A DNA stretch of 64,000 nucleotides from contig CAVWUP010000018.1 in NCBI GenBank assembly GCA_963758155.1, positions 173,026-237,025 on the forward strand, in the 5' to 3' direction. Shown piece after piece: positions 46,689 through 56,566 of this stretch. Position numbers and translations under genes: made by a program. Under the pieces are notes generated by a model. It saw only the letters and a list, made by a program, of their open reading frames with translations. It was not told where the DNA came from and ran no database searches. The stretch comes from an uncultured delta proteobacterium. GTDB taxonomy: Bacteria > Myxococcota_A > Polyangia > Fen-1088. Every line of letters starts with the position of its first letter. Positions within the stretch are counted from its first letter, which is position 1.

Positions 46689-48458
46689 CTACCTCCCCGC
46701 CGCGCGCTGGGATTCTAGACCTACCAGGCTCTCCTCCAACCGCCGCCGCAGGCGCTCCTCGGGCTTCTGGCTCAAGGCCTTGCGGTACGCCTCTGCGGCC
46801 CGCTCGGGTTCAGCCCGCCTTGCGTAGAGATCCCCCAGGTGGGTCAGGATTTCGGCGTCGACGGGATCCAGCCGCCCGGCTTGCTCCAAGAAGAGAGCGG
46901 CCTTGTCCAGCTGGCCCGCGCGAAAGCTCACCCAGCCCAGGCTGTCCAGCACCGCGCCCGAACCTGGGTCCAAGGCCGCCGCTGCCTGCACGCGCCTGCG
47001 TGCCTTGTCCAGGTCATGGCCATGGTCGGCCGCGACGAAGCCCCAGAAGTTGAGCGCCTCGACCGAGCCGGGCTTCTTCTTGATGAGCGGCTCCACCAGG
47101 TCGAGGGCGCGCTGCCAAGCGCCTCGCCTTTCCTCGATCATGGCCAGGCTGAGAGTCAGGCGGGCGTGGTCGGGATGGCTGGCCCGCAGCGTTTCCAACC
47201 TGCGTGCGGCCATGATGGCATCGCCGCGTTTCTCGTCGACAAAGGCCAGGGCAATCGCCGCGTCGATTTTCTGGTCCGCATTGTCGCCCGCTGCAGTCGC
47301 GGCGTCTTCTGCCGCGCGGGCGGCCTCGCTGATCTTGCCATCCTCGCGCAACAACTCTGCCGCCCGTACCCGTGCCTCGAAGAACAGCGGCGAGGTCTTG
47401 GGCACTGCCAGCAGGGTGGCCACCGCCTTTTCGCCGTGGCCTTGCTCTTTGAGCAGCGCGGCCGCGGTCAACGCCAGCCGCGTCTTGGCGTCGTCGGATA
47501 CGCCCGCGTCCAGCGCCTTCTTCACCAGCGCCAGGGCTCGCTCCAGCCGCTGCGCCGAACGCTCGATCTCGATGTTCCCGGCCAGAGTATCGGGATCCGA
47601 GCCGGCCAGAGGAGACACGTTGTCGTCGGCCACCTGGCCAGCGGCTTTGCTGTCGCCAACGCTCACCAGAAACCGCGCGTAGGCCGCCGCGATCTCCAGC
47701 GATCCATCTCCCCGATCCAAGGCCTCGCGAAAAGCCTGCCGGGCCTCGTCGTTGCGCCCCTGCGCGGCCAAGAGCCACGCCAGTGCGGTGAGCGCCTCGA
47801 TGTGGTTGGGCTCCTCGGCCAGTGTCTGCCGCAAATGCGCTTCACTTTTCTTCACGTCTCCCAGGGCCCAGGCCACGGCCATGAGGCGCATGTGCCCCTG
47901 AAGCGACGCCGGTTCCCGATGACAGAGATCAGCCAGGGTGTCAGCCGCGGCCGGCACGTCGAGCGCCAGAATCTGCGCCTCGGCCAGTTCGAGATACACC
48001 GTCTCGGCTGTGTCGGGCTCGTCGGCTGGATCCACTTTGCCCGCAGCCTGCCGCAACGATTGCACCGCGCCTGCCACATCCCCCTGGGCTTCGCGCAGAT
48101 GCGCCTCGGCCATCAGGCCATCAGCCGTGACTTCGATCTTGAACGAAGCACGAATGGCTGCGGCCGCGTCGGACTGGCGGCCCAGCCGCATGAAGACCTC
48201 GGCCAGACGCGCCTGCAGCTCGGGCGATTCGTCGTCGAAAGCCAAGGCCCGCTGCAATTCCGCAGCGGCGTCAGCCCAACGCTCCTCCTCTTCGTAGAGA
48301 AACGCTCGGCTGGCATGCTCGTAGGCGCTGGCATTCACCGACCGCGTGACGATCTGACGGTCGTTGACCAACTTGGTGATGGGCGGCTGGGTGGCACACG
48401 CCCCCAGGCATGCGGCGGCCAGGGCAAGGAGGAGGTGCCTACGGGAGCGCGAAATCAC
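46689..48458 (-). CDS. TPR-repeat lipoprotein
   Basis: 589 aa with signal peptide LALAAACLGAC and about 12 TPR-like repeats. Confidence 0.65.
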   Translation of the reverse strand: MISRSRRHLLLALAAACLGACATQPPITKLVNDRQIVTRSVNASAYEHASRAFLYEEEERWADAAAELQRALAFDDESPELQARLAEVFMRLGRQSDAAAAIRASFKIEVTADGLMAEAHLREAQGDVAGAVQSLRQAAGKVDPADEPDTAETVYLELAEAQILALDVPAAADTLADLCHREPASLQGHMRLMAVAWALGDVKKSEAHLRQTLAEEPNHIEALTALAWLLAAQGRNDEARQAFREALDRGDGSLEIAAAYARFLVSVGDSKAAGQVADDNVSPLAGSDPDTLAGNIEIERSAQRLERALALVKKALDAGVSDDAKTRLALTAAALLKEQGHGEKAVATLLAVPKTSPLFFEARVRAAELLREDGKISEAARAAEDAATAAGDNADQKIDAAIALAFVDEKRGDAIMAARRLETLRASHPDHARLTLSLAMIEERRGAWQRALDLVEPLIKKKPGSVEALNFWGFVAADHGHDLDKARRRVQAAAALDPGSGAVLDSLGWVSFRAGQLDKAALFLEQAGRLDPVDAEILTHLGDLYARRAEPERAAEAYRKALSQKPEERLRRRLEESLVGLESQRAAGR

Positions 48459-48539
48459 AGCGTGAGGCTACCACAGGGCAAGCTGCGCGATCGGTGTTGT
48501 CTCGCATGCGCGATCCGCAAAAACTCTCGCGAGGCGGCC

Positions 48540-49901
48540 CTAGTGCACGACCCACGGATTCTCTGTTGTCTTCTTGCCGGTGGGGGCCGGGGCAGAAGAG
48601 GCCTGTGCGCGTCGCCTCGGGCTGGGACGCACGCGCTCGACGACCGAAGGAGCGCCGGCGTCCGCAGACTTCGCAGCGGGCGGCACGCGAGTCAACTCGG
48701 GCAGGGCCACCGCGCTGTCAGCTGCGCGAGCCACGGCTGCATCCGCAACTTCAACCCTCAACGTGCCTGGTGTCGCTCGGGGCGCAGGGTCGTGGCTGGA
48801 TCGCACCAGCAGAAAGAGTGCGAGTCCGGCTACTGCCGCTCCCCCGATTGCAAAGATCGGCCAGCGCCGAGTTCGTGTGGCCTCCAGCAACACGTCGTCG
48901 CTGGAACCCACACCCACCTCACCACTGGCCCGCGAAAACGTCGTGATCGACGGGGCCGCGACCGCCTGATCAGAACTTGCCACGCGGCGTCCGCCAACTG
49001 CCAGCAACTCTCCCGACGGCGAGAGCCGACCCAACACGCCGGCACCGGCTTCCCCTAGCAGTGCGCCCAGGAAGGCGTCCATGCTGTCAAAGCGCTCATC
49101 GCGCGAGCGCGACAGCCCGCGCTTGATCGCAGCCTCAACATGCCCCGGTACATCGACCGCTAGCTCGCGCACAGGTGCGGGCGTTCCGGTCAGATGCATC
49201 ACCAGCATCTCCGTCCCAGAGGCCGCCACATACGGCGTCCGTCCGGCCAGCATCTCGTACATGATGGTCGCGAAAGAGTAGATGTCCGAACGCAGGTCGA
49301 CGTCCGCGCTGTCTTTGCACTGCTCCGGCGACATGTACGCCGGGCTGCCCATGATCAGTCCGGCTTGCGTCCGCATGGTTCCGCCCGTGCCACCGCCGCG
49401 CTTTATCTTCGCGATCCCAAAATCCAGTATCTTCACCCGCTCACTGCCAGGCGCGGCCGCATCAGGCACCAGAAAGAGATTCTCGGGCTTCAGATCGCGG
49501 TGCACGATCCCGGCGGCGTGGGCCGCGGCCAAGGCCGACCCGGCCTGGCGCGCAACTTCCAAGGCCTTCGGCAGAGGCAGACGGCCCTTGTCCGCCAGGC
49601 GCTTCTGCAGCGACACCCCTTCGAGAAATTCCATCAAGATGTAGGGCGCGCCCTCGGATGTCAGGCCAGCGTCGAAGACTTCGATGATGTTGCGATGACG
49701 GATGGCGCTGGCTGCCCGGGCCTCGTTGAGAAAACGCCGGACCAGCTCCGCGTCCTGCGCCAGGGTCTTGTGCAGAACCTTTACGGCCGCACGGCGCTCG
49801 ATGAGCGGGTTCTCGGCAAGATACACTTCCCCGAACCCGCCTTCGCCGATTAGCCGGACGATGCGATAATTGCCGAACAGGTGGCCTGCCTGCAACGCCA
49901 T
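48540..49901 (-). CDS. Ser/Thr protein kinase (RD-type) with C-terminal TM and Pro/Ala-rich tail
   Basis: IGEGGFGEVY, AVKVL, HRDLKPEN, DFGIAK and SPAYMSPE motifs. TM helix FAIGGAAVAGLALFLLV. Confidence 0.8.
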   Translation of the reverse strand: MALQAGHLFGNYRIVRLIGEGGFGEVYLAENPLIERRAAVKVLHKTLAQDAELVRRFLNEARAASAIRHRNIIEVFDAGLTSEGAPYILMEFLEGVSLQKRLADKGRLPLPKALEVARQAGSALAAAHAAGIVHRDLKPENLFLVPDAAAPGSERVKILDFGIAKIKRGGGTGGTMRTQAGLIMGSPAYMSPEQCKDSADVDLRSDIYSFATIMYEMLAGRTPYVAASGTEMLVMHLTGTPAPVRELAVDVPGHVEAAIKRGLSRSRDERFDSMDAFLGALLGEAGAGVLGRLSPSGELLAVGGRRVASSDQAVAAPSITTFSRASGEVGVGSSDDVLLEATRTRRWPIFAIGGAAVAGLALFLLVRSSHDPAPRATPGTLRVEVADAAVARAADSAVALPELTRVPPAAKSADAGAPSVVERVRPSPRRRAQASSAPAPTGKKTTENPWVVH

Positions 49902-49979
49902 GCTCTCTCGGGATTCAGCGTACTCCGGGCCGTCGCGTGAACAAGTGAATTCTGCGCCCGGTCGCCATCGGCACGGGAA

Positions 49980-50897
49980 TCAGGGATGATCGGACGCAGG
50001 CCTGGCGAGGCCGCGTAGCAGAGGACTTCCCTTGCCGCGTAGCTCCTCTATGGCCTTGGCATCGGTGGGATCGCCGGAATCGACCAGGCAAGAAAGCATC
50101 TCAGCCGCGTCCTCCGCTGGCGTGCTCGGCGCCAGCACAAGCTCACGCCAAGGCCGGGCCGGTGCGGACGGCGGCGCGGATTTGGCACGCGTGGCTTGCT
50201 GCCGCCGGCACAGGGCCACGCCCGTGGCCGCCACCACGGCTGGGTTCGCGTCCTTGCTTGCCTCGCGCAAGGCCGGCGACGTGCGCGCATCGTTGGCCGC
50301 CAGCACCAGGACAGCGGCGCGACGAATGTCAGCCGAAGAATCATGCACGAGAGCCATGATGTCGTTCCGGCCGGCGCAGATCGCGTTGGCGTCGGCCAGG
50401 GCTTGCAGGGCGGCCAGCCGCACCTCGATTGCGCGATCTTCCCTGGCAGCAACAGCGGCCAGGACCCGGCAGGCGCGCCCCGTCACCTCAACTGGCACTT
50501 CCCATGTTTCGAGAAGACTCGCATCCGCGTCGCTCAACAGCGCTCCTGTGGTGCGCAGGGCACGCTCGCCCAGCTGCGCGTCGGTCGAATCGCACTGGGC
50601 CAGCACCCCGTCGAGAAGCAGCAAGCGTTCCGGCAAGTAGGCCACGCCGTCGAGCACGGCCAGGGCCAGGCCGCGATCCGAGTCAGCCAGCGCCTTCGCC
50701 AGTCGTGCCACACCGATGCGCGCGGCCCAGCGGCCCAGCTCGGCCCGGTCGCCGCGTTCGGCTGCCTTGCGCAGGCCCAGCAGGGGCACATCGAGCAGGC
50801 CGGTGCGACGGTTGTAGGACGGACGCTCGGCCGCAACGCTCGACGCGACGGAAAGCAACGACAGGCCCAGGACCCAAGCGGCGGCGTTGTGTTGCAT
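49980..50897 (-). CDS. Secreted HEAT/PBS-lyase-like repeat protein
   Basis: Signal peptide, then repeated (A/V)R..A..AL motifs of ~30 aa typical of HEAT repeats. Confidence 0.5.
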   Translation of the reverse strand: MQHNAAAWVLGLSLLSVASSVAAERPSYNRRTGLLDVPLLGLRKAAERGDRAELGRWAARIGVARLAKALADSDRGLALAVLDGVAYLPERLLLLDGVLAQCDSTDAQLGERALRTTGALLSDADASLLETWEVPVEVTGRACRVLAAVAAREDRAIEVRLAALQALADANAICAGRNDIMALVHDSSADIRRAAVLVLAANDARTSPALREASKDANPAVVAATGVALCRRQQATRAKSAPPSAPARPWRELVLAPSTPAEDAAEMLSCLVDSGDPTDAKAIEELRGKGSPLLRGLARPASDHP

Positions 50898-50936
50898 TCA
50901 GGAATTCACGCTAGCCGAGCTCAAGCCGCCGCGCAA

Positions 50937-52403
50937 TTAGCGAGTCAATTCGACGCTGCGGCCAGAAAGGCCGGCGGGGACGGGCAAGCCCAGCGCTGAA
51001 AGTATCGTGGGAAAGAGATCGGCCGTGCACAAGGGCCGTTCCCCCACCCAGCGCGCGTTGACCGCGGCGGGCACTAGCATGTGGTCGCGTTCCAGCGCCC
51101 CATGCGAGCCGTTGTGCGGCTGGTACTCGAAGCGCGAGCGCAGGTCGAAGCCGGCCCGGGCGCACACCACAAGGTCGCCGGCCCGGGACGAACGAAAGAA
51201 TTCCACCAACTGCCAGGGCGTATCGGGAAATCCGGTGCCGGCGGTCAGGAGGGCGATTTCGTCGCGGGCCATGCGATCAGGCAGGGCCACGTAGCCGAGC
51301 GGGTTCTCGCCCTCGACAGAAAATCCCACGCGGGCCGACGAGGTCGCGTCCCCACCTGAAACTCCCCGCGCATCGACCACCGCCTTGCCTGTGCTCCCCG
51401 CCAAGACATAGACCCCAGGGTCGCGACGATAGATGACATGCGCGACAGCGGGATGGGCAAGCAACGCGGCAACCAGATCAGCGGGCTTCTGACCGGCCGC
51501 CTCGAAGTCGGGTCGTTCCTGCCAGCTGGTCTCGCCCTGCAGATAGAGATTGGCTATCGAATTTCCCGACACCATGGCCGCTGCCTGCGCCGAAAAGAGA
51601 TGACGCCACAGCTTGGGATAGACCAATGTGCGCGGATACAAAGGCCGCATGAGGTCGTCGATGTCCACGTGGGTGTGCGTTCCTGTCTGGCCGTGGTCCG
51701 AGGTGATCACGATCAGCGTGCGCGCCAAGGTGCCGCGCCGATGCAACTCCTCGATCAACCGACCCAGGCTGGCGTCGAAGCGGCGGTAGGCTTCGAAGCT
51801 TTGCTCAGTCACGGGTCCGAAGCGATGTCCCAGTTCGTCGATGGCGGGAAACACGGCATGCACCGAGGGATAACCGCGCTGCCAGGCGCGCCGCACCGCC
51901 GCCTCGGCCTGCAAATTCGACGCGTACCAGTCGCTGGTGGCCAGCGCTTTGACAAAGCTCGCGCCCTTGGAAAAGCGGGTCATGCGCGCGCGCGACGGGC
52001 AGCCACGCACGAACCAGGTGTTCACGTCGGCCAGGCCAGGGACGTGGTGAAAAAGCGTGCGCACCGTGGTCGGGATGTCGCGTTCCAGTTTGGCTGCGCG
52101 CCAGGGCGCCATGTACGAACGCGTGCGAAGCAGAAAGCGGCCGCGCTTGCCCGTAGGGCGCTCGGCCCAACGAATGCCCGGAAGGTTGGCGCGCCCCGGA
52201 TGCAGACCGGATAGCAGAGGCAGATGGGCCGGGCCGCTGACCGTGGGAAACACCGACGTGGCGGGACGCAAGCCGCCACATTCGGCGAAGTGCTGGCGCA
52301 GGTTGGGCATCTCGCCTGCTCGTGCCAGGCGTTCCACCACATCCCAGCGCGCCCCGTCGGCCAGGATGGCGAGCACGCGATCGAAGCTGGGCGACTCCGG
52401 CAT
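50937..52403 (-). CDS. Alkaline-phosphatase-superfamily phosphodiesterase/nucleotide pyrophosphatase family protein
   Basis: The N-terminal VLAILADGARWD block and the ITSDHGQT metal-site motif are typical of the type I phosphodiesterase family. Confidence 0.55.
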   Translation of the reverse strand: MPESPSFDRVLAILADGARWDVVERLARAGEMPNLRQHFAECGGLRPATSVFPTVSGPAHLPLLSGLHPGRANLPGIRWAERPTGKRGRFLLRTRSYMAPWRAAKLERDIPTTVRTLFHHVPGLADVNTWFVRGCPSRARMTRFSKGASFVKALATSDWYASNLQAEAAVRRAWQRGYPSVHAVFPAIDELGHRFGPVTEQSFEAYRRFDASLGRLIEELHRRGTLARTLIVITSDHGQTGTHTHVDIDDLMRPLYPRTLVYPKLWRHLFSAQAAAMVSGNSIANLYLQGETSWQERPDFEAAGQKPADLVAALLAHPAVAHVIYRRDPGVYVLAGSTGKAVVDARGVSGGDATSSARVGFSVEGENPLGYVALPDRMARDEIALLTAGTGFPDTPWQLVEFFRSSRAGDLVVCARAGFDLRSRFEYQPHNGSHGALERDHMLVPAAVNARWVGERPLCTADLFPTILSALGLPVPAGLSGRSVELTR

Positions 52404-52440
52404 CGTGTCCGTCTACCACGGATTCTCCCGTTTCGTGGCA

Positions 52441-53571
52441 ATGCCCACGGTAGACTTGGGCACGATGAATCGCCGTCCAGCTTTCGCGGCCCTGACTGGG
52501 TTTGGCTTGATTGTCTTGCTGGCCATCGTATGGCGGATTCCCGCCGCGCGCTCGCTGCCAGCGCACAGTGAGACAGGCGAGCCAGGCAATTCGTCGTCGT
52601 TCGAATCCGCGCCAGGGCCAGAAGCGGCCGACATCAAGCAGCGCGGAGTGGCCCTCGGCCTTTTCGCCGAGGACATCAGTTTTTCCTACGCGCCCCTGCT
52701 GCAGGAGATCGCAGGGCTGGGCGCGACCCATGTTTCGCTGGTCGTGCCCCTGTACCAAACCAACGGAGCCTCGACCGCGTTGAAGCTTCACACGCGCCTG
52801 TCGCCCACGTTGGAGGCCATCGCAGATGCCATTCGGCTTTCGCGCCGGGCCGGCCTGGAGGTCACCCTGTTCCCCATTGTGCGACTCTCGCAGCCGCGCA
52901 ACCCCAAGGAATGGCGGGGCACACTGGCGCCCGCGGATCGGAACGCGTGGTTCGCCAGCTACGGTGCGCTGCTGGCGGATCTCGCTTCGCTGGGTGCGCT
53001 GACTGGCGCCTCGCGCCTGGTGGTGGGCAGTGAACTGTCGTCGCTCGACGACGACCTGGCGCACTGGCGGCCGCTCGTCGAACGCATCCGCGCCCTGTTC
53101 ACAGGCACGCTCATGTACTCCGCCAACTGGGACCATTACCAGGATGTACGGTTGTACGATCTGGTGGATGAGATCGGCGTGGTCGCCTACTTCAGTTTGC
53201 GCGAAAATAACGGCCCCAGCGACGTACCTGCATTGACCGCGCGCTGGCGCAGCTTGCGGCGCGAGATCGAGTTCAACCTGGGCGCCTATTCCAAGCCGTA
53301 CGTGTTGACTGAACTGGGCTACCGCTCGCGCACCGGCGCGACCGCTGCGCCCTGGGACGAAGTTCCCGGTGGCGTACCCGACGTGGACGAACAGACGCGC
53401 GCTTTTCAGGCCTTCGGGCAGGCCTGGACCACACGCGGGCAGGCCTCCTCGCGCCTGGCCGGCCTGTATGTGTGGAACTGGTACGGCTACGGCGGGCCCG
53501 CGACCACCAGCTACACCCCGCGCGGCAAGCCCGCGGTCGAGGTCATCCGGCAGATCCTGGACGAGATCTAG
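52441..53571 (+). CDS. Putative TIM-barrel glycoside hydrolase (clan GH-A-like), membrane-anchored
   Basis: N-terminal TM helix, candidate acid/base (VVGSELSS) and nucleophile (YVLTELGY) glutamates. ATG at 52441 is 37 bp from the divergent gene start. The ORF-track start at 52057 overlaps that neighbour. Confidence 0.4.
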   Translation: MPTVDLGTMNRRPAFAALTGFGLIVLLAIVWRIPAARSLPAHSETGEPGNSSSFESAPGPEAADIKQRGVALGLFAEDISFSYAPLLQEIAGLGATHVSLVVPLYQTNGASTALKLHTRLSPTLEAIADAIRLSRRAGLEVTLFPIVRLSQPRNPKEWRGTLAPADRNAWFASYGALLADLASLGALTGASRLVVGSELSSLDDDLAHWRPLVERIRALFTGTLMYSANWDHYQDVRLYDLVDEIGVVAYFSLRENNGPSDVPALTARWRSLRREIEFNLGAYSKPYVLTELGYRSRTGATAAPWDEVPGGVPDVDEQTRAFQAFGQAWTTRGQASSRLAGLYVWNWYGYGGPATTSYTPRGKPAVEVIRQILDEI

Positions 53572-53582
53572 CGACGCCCACT

Positions 53583-54920
53583 CTAGTCGGGCGGAGTGAA
53601 TTCGGGCTCGGGCGCAATCTCGGGCGCAGCTTCGGCCGCACGATGCTCACCCGGGGACCAGAAGGCCCACTGCAGCGATGCCCCCGCCTCGATCACGGTG
53701 GCGAAGTTCCACACGCCCGCAAGGGCGCGCAACTCAGCAGCGAGCGCAAGGGCGTTGGAGAAATGGTAGGCCACACCGCCGCCCACCCCGACGGCGATGG
53801 GACCGCCGCTCACGGTGTCGCTGTTCACGAAGTTAGCGCTGGAATTGATCTGATTGGGGCTGGGCGCCACGTACAGACGAAAGGCGGTGCCCGCACCCAG
53901 GGTGCCGGTCGCAAAAAGCTGAAAGTTGCTCGCCGGCCCGAAGAGTCGGTCGGTGAACAGATACCCACGACCCAGCACCGCCCACGCGAAGCCCTTGGGC
54001 GCTTCGCCCTGGAGATTCCCGGCGCCGGTCTTGGTGTACACGAACTGCAGGCGCCCCTGCAAGGAGAACGCGATATGGTCACGCCATTGGTAGCCGACCT
54101 CGGGCAGAAGATGCAGGATTCCTCCCGTCGCCCACCCCGTCGACTTCGCGTTGACGTAGACATCCTGGGATCGAGTCGGAAACCAGCCATAGCCCGAACC
54201 CATGCCCATCGCCAGCCACACTCTGCCCGCTGGCGTCCGATGGACTTCATGGCTCAGCCCGCTCTCCACGTCTCTCTCTCTCTGAATGCGGGCCAGCGGA
54301 TCTTCTTCCGCCACGGGCAGCTCGGCCCCGCCGGGCGCGCCCGAGCTGCCCTTGCGGATGAGCACGATATTCGGGCTCTCGTCGCTGCCGCTCGAGGCCA
54401 CCATCCTGTTGTTGCCGTTGTACGCCTGGACGTAGAACTGCAGCGAGCTGCCCCGCACTTCGAAGGGCTTGAGGCTGATCACGTACCAACCCTTGGGCGA
54501 GCGGATGGCATCGGTCGTGGCGAAGTTTTCACTCCCCGAGGGCCGGTAGGAAACAACAACCGATCGCGTGGCCAAGGCGGGCCTGACCGCACAGCGAATG
54601 GTGAACTCGGTGTCGGCCGGCACCTCGGAGGGGATGGGGCAATGGAGCGGACGCGGGAGGCGCGAAGGCAGGTCGGGCTCGGGCGGGGGCGGCGGCGGCT
54701 TTTTCGCCTCGGCCGCTGCGGCCTTTGCGGAATCTGCCGCCTTGGCGTTCTTCTTGCCGTCGTTCGACGATTTCGCGGCGGGCTTCGATGGGAACCCCTT
54801 CTGCGAGGCTGGCGCAGGAGAAGCCTTCTCGGTCTTCGACGACGTCGCGCACGCGGGCGCAAGCAGCAACAGCGCGCAGCCAGCGAAGAGACAATGTCGA
54901 ATGGTCGATTTCAAGCCCAC
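53583..54920 (-). CDS. Hypothetical lipoprotein (Lys/Ala/Pro-rich N-terminal region plus beta-rich C-terminal domain)
   Basis: Lipobox LLAPAC. No recognisable family. Confidence 0.4.
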   Translation of the reverse strand: MGLKSTIRHCLFAGCALLLLAPACATSSKTEKASPAPASQKGFPSKPAAKSSNDGKKNAKAADSAKAAAAEAKKPPPPPPEPDLPSRLPRPLHCPIPSEVPADTEFTIRCAVRPALATRSVVVSYRPSGSENFATTDAIRSPKGWYVISLKPFEVRGSSLQFYVQAYNGNNRMVASSGSDESPNIVLIRKGSSGAPGGAELPVAEEDPLARIQRERDVESGLSHEVHRTPAGRVWLAMGMGSGYGWFPTRSQDVYVNAKSTGWATGGILHLLPEVGYQWRDHIAFSLQGRLQFVYTKTGAGNLQGEAPKGFAWAVLGRGYLFTDRLFGPASNFQLFATGTLGAGTAFRLYVAPSPNQINSSANFVNSDTVSGGPIAVGVGGGVAYHFSNALALAAELRALAGVWNFATVIEAGASLQWAFWSPGEHRAAEAAPEIAPEPEFTPPD

Positions 54921-55018
54921 GATGGCCCCTTTTTTGCGGATGATGGTTTGTGATTTCGAACGCCGTCACCTACGTTGAAAGCGCCTGGCCTTGGCCCGAC
55001 GAGGGCCGCCAGGAACAA

Positions 55019-56566
55019 TCAGCGGCCGCCAAGCTGACTGATCCTTTTTTCGATGAGCGCGCGGTCGGGCGCGCTCGGCGAGGCCTTGAGATATAGTTTG
55101 AAATGGCGCACGGCCTGCGCGGCATTGCCAGACTGGGCGTAGGCCATGCCCAGGCCGCGCTGGCTCTGGGGATCCTTGGGATTCAGCTTCAACGACTCTG
55201 AGAAGGCCGCGATGGCTTCGGGCAGAGCGCCGTTGAGGAGCCTGGCATTCCCCCGCTGGTAAGCCTCGGCCGCCTCCTGCGTCTTGTCGGTGGCAGGCTT
55301 GGCCACCGGCGGGGCCGCTTCCGCTTGCTTCTTCTCGGGCGGCGGTGCAGCCGGCTCGCTCGGGGCTGCCACCTTTTCGGCGACGGGTTTCTCGACGACT
55401 GGCTTGGGGGAAGCCACAGGCTTGGGAGAAACACGACGTTCAGCCAAAGCCGGCTTCTCGGCCGCGACCTTCTTTTCCACAGGCCGTGGCTTTTCCACCG
55501 CCGGCCTCGGCGTGACGGCCGCTTTTTCTGACGGAGCTGGCTTCTCAACCGGCGCCGCGACTTTCTCGACCGCGGCTGGCTTGCTCGCCGCCGGCGCCGC
55601 GGCCTTTTCGGCCACCGCCGGCTGAGGCTTGGCTGGTTCAACGGCTGCCGCGGGGGCTGGAAGGGCTGGTTTCTCGACGGTCAAAGGCGGCGTGGGCACC
55701 GCCGCCTTCTCAGCAGCCTTGACCGGCGCTGGCTTCTGCTCCGAACCGGACTGCTTCTTGCCCCCCAATACGACCACGCCCAACACTGCGAGCGCCACGA
55801 CGCCAACTCCGCCGGCGACAAAGAAATACTTGTGCTGGCCGCCTTTCAGGCGCGCCGCTGTTCCCATCGAAGGAGCGGAACCCGCCCATTCAGGGACCGC
55901 CTCGGACTCGCTCTCGGCTCCATTCCGCCCCTTGTCGTCGGCTGGCACCGGGGACGGCGCATCTTCAGGCGTGGACCCCGCACCTGCGTCCGCGGCTGTC
56001 GCAGCAGCCGCAGAATCGGCGGCTGCTGTGACACCACCTGCCGGAGCCGCTCTGCTCTCAGACGAGATGTCCACATCCACTGCAGCCGGCCCCCTCGCAT
56101 CGGCTGTGGGCCTTACCTCCACGCGCGCAGACGGGCCCTCTGCGTCGGGAGGGGGCGGAACCATGGTTGGAGCGACCGCGAAGTCCGCGGTCTCGACTCG
56201 ACGCTTGGCCGCCGCTGCCGCAGCGACCGCAGAATAGGCTGCGGGCTTGGCATCGCCGCGAGCATAGCCTGGCGGCGATGCGGCCGCTCCCGGCGAAACG
56301 GGCTTGTCAGCGGCTGGGGTGCCCAGCCGGGTGGTCGCAGCCGCTGCCGGAGCGCTGGACTTAACCCCGACCCCAGCCGGGAAACCGCCGGTCCACATGA
56401 GCGTCTTGGCGGGCGAGGCCAGCTTGCCCGCACTCGAGCCGCCAACGGCCGGGCCTGCCGTGACAATCGCCTTGCCACAGGCTGGGCAAAGAATGACCGG
56501 CTGTATCGCTCCCGACCTGGCAGCCGGCAGTGGAGCATGACAATAGGGGCAGTTCGATGGCGTCAT
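55019..56566 (-). CDS. Zinc-ribbon / TM / Ala-Pro-rich / C-terminal TPR protein
   Basis: From MTPSNCPYCHAPL...CPACGK (CxxC...CxxC), a TM helix, a long AEKAAAP-type repeat region, then TPR (AIAAFSESLKLNPKD...). The ATG overlaps the upstream stop (ATGA). The ORF-track N-terminal extension is rejected. Confidence 0.5.
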   Translation of the reverse strand: MTPSNCPYCHAPLPAARSGAIQPVILCPACGKAIVTAGPAVGGSSAGKLASPAKTLMWTGGFPAGVGVKSSAPAAAATTRLGTPAADKPVSPGAAASPPGYARGDAKPAAYSAVAAAAAAKRRVETADFAVAPTMVPPPPDAEGPSARVEVRPTADARGPAAVDVDISSESRAAPAGGVTAAADSAAAATAADAGAGSTPEDAPSPVPADDKGRNGAESESEAVPEWAGSAPSMGTAARLKGGQHKYFFVAGGVGVVALAVLGVVVLGGKKQSGSEQKPAPVKAAEKAAVPTPPLTVEKPALPAPAAAVEPAKPQPAVAEKAAAPAASKPAAVEKVAAPVEKPAPSEKAAVTPRPAVEKPRPVEKKVAAEKPALAERRVSPKPVASPKPVVEKPVAEKVAAPSEPAAPPPEKKQAEAAPPVAKPATDKTQEAAEAYQRGNARLLNGALPEAIAAFSESLKLNPKDPQSQRGLGMAYAQSGNAAQAVRHFKLYLKASPSAPDRALIEKRISQLGGR

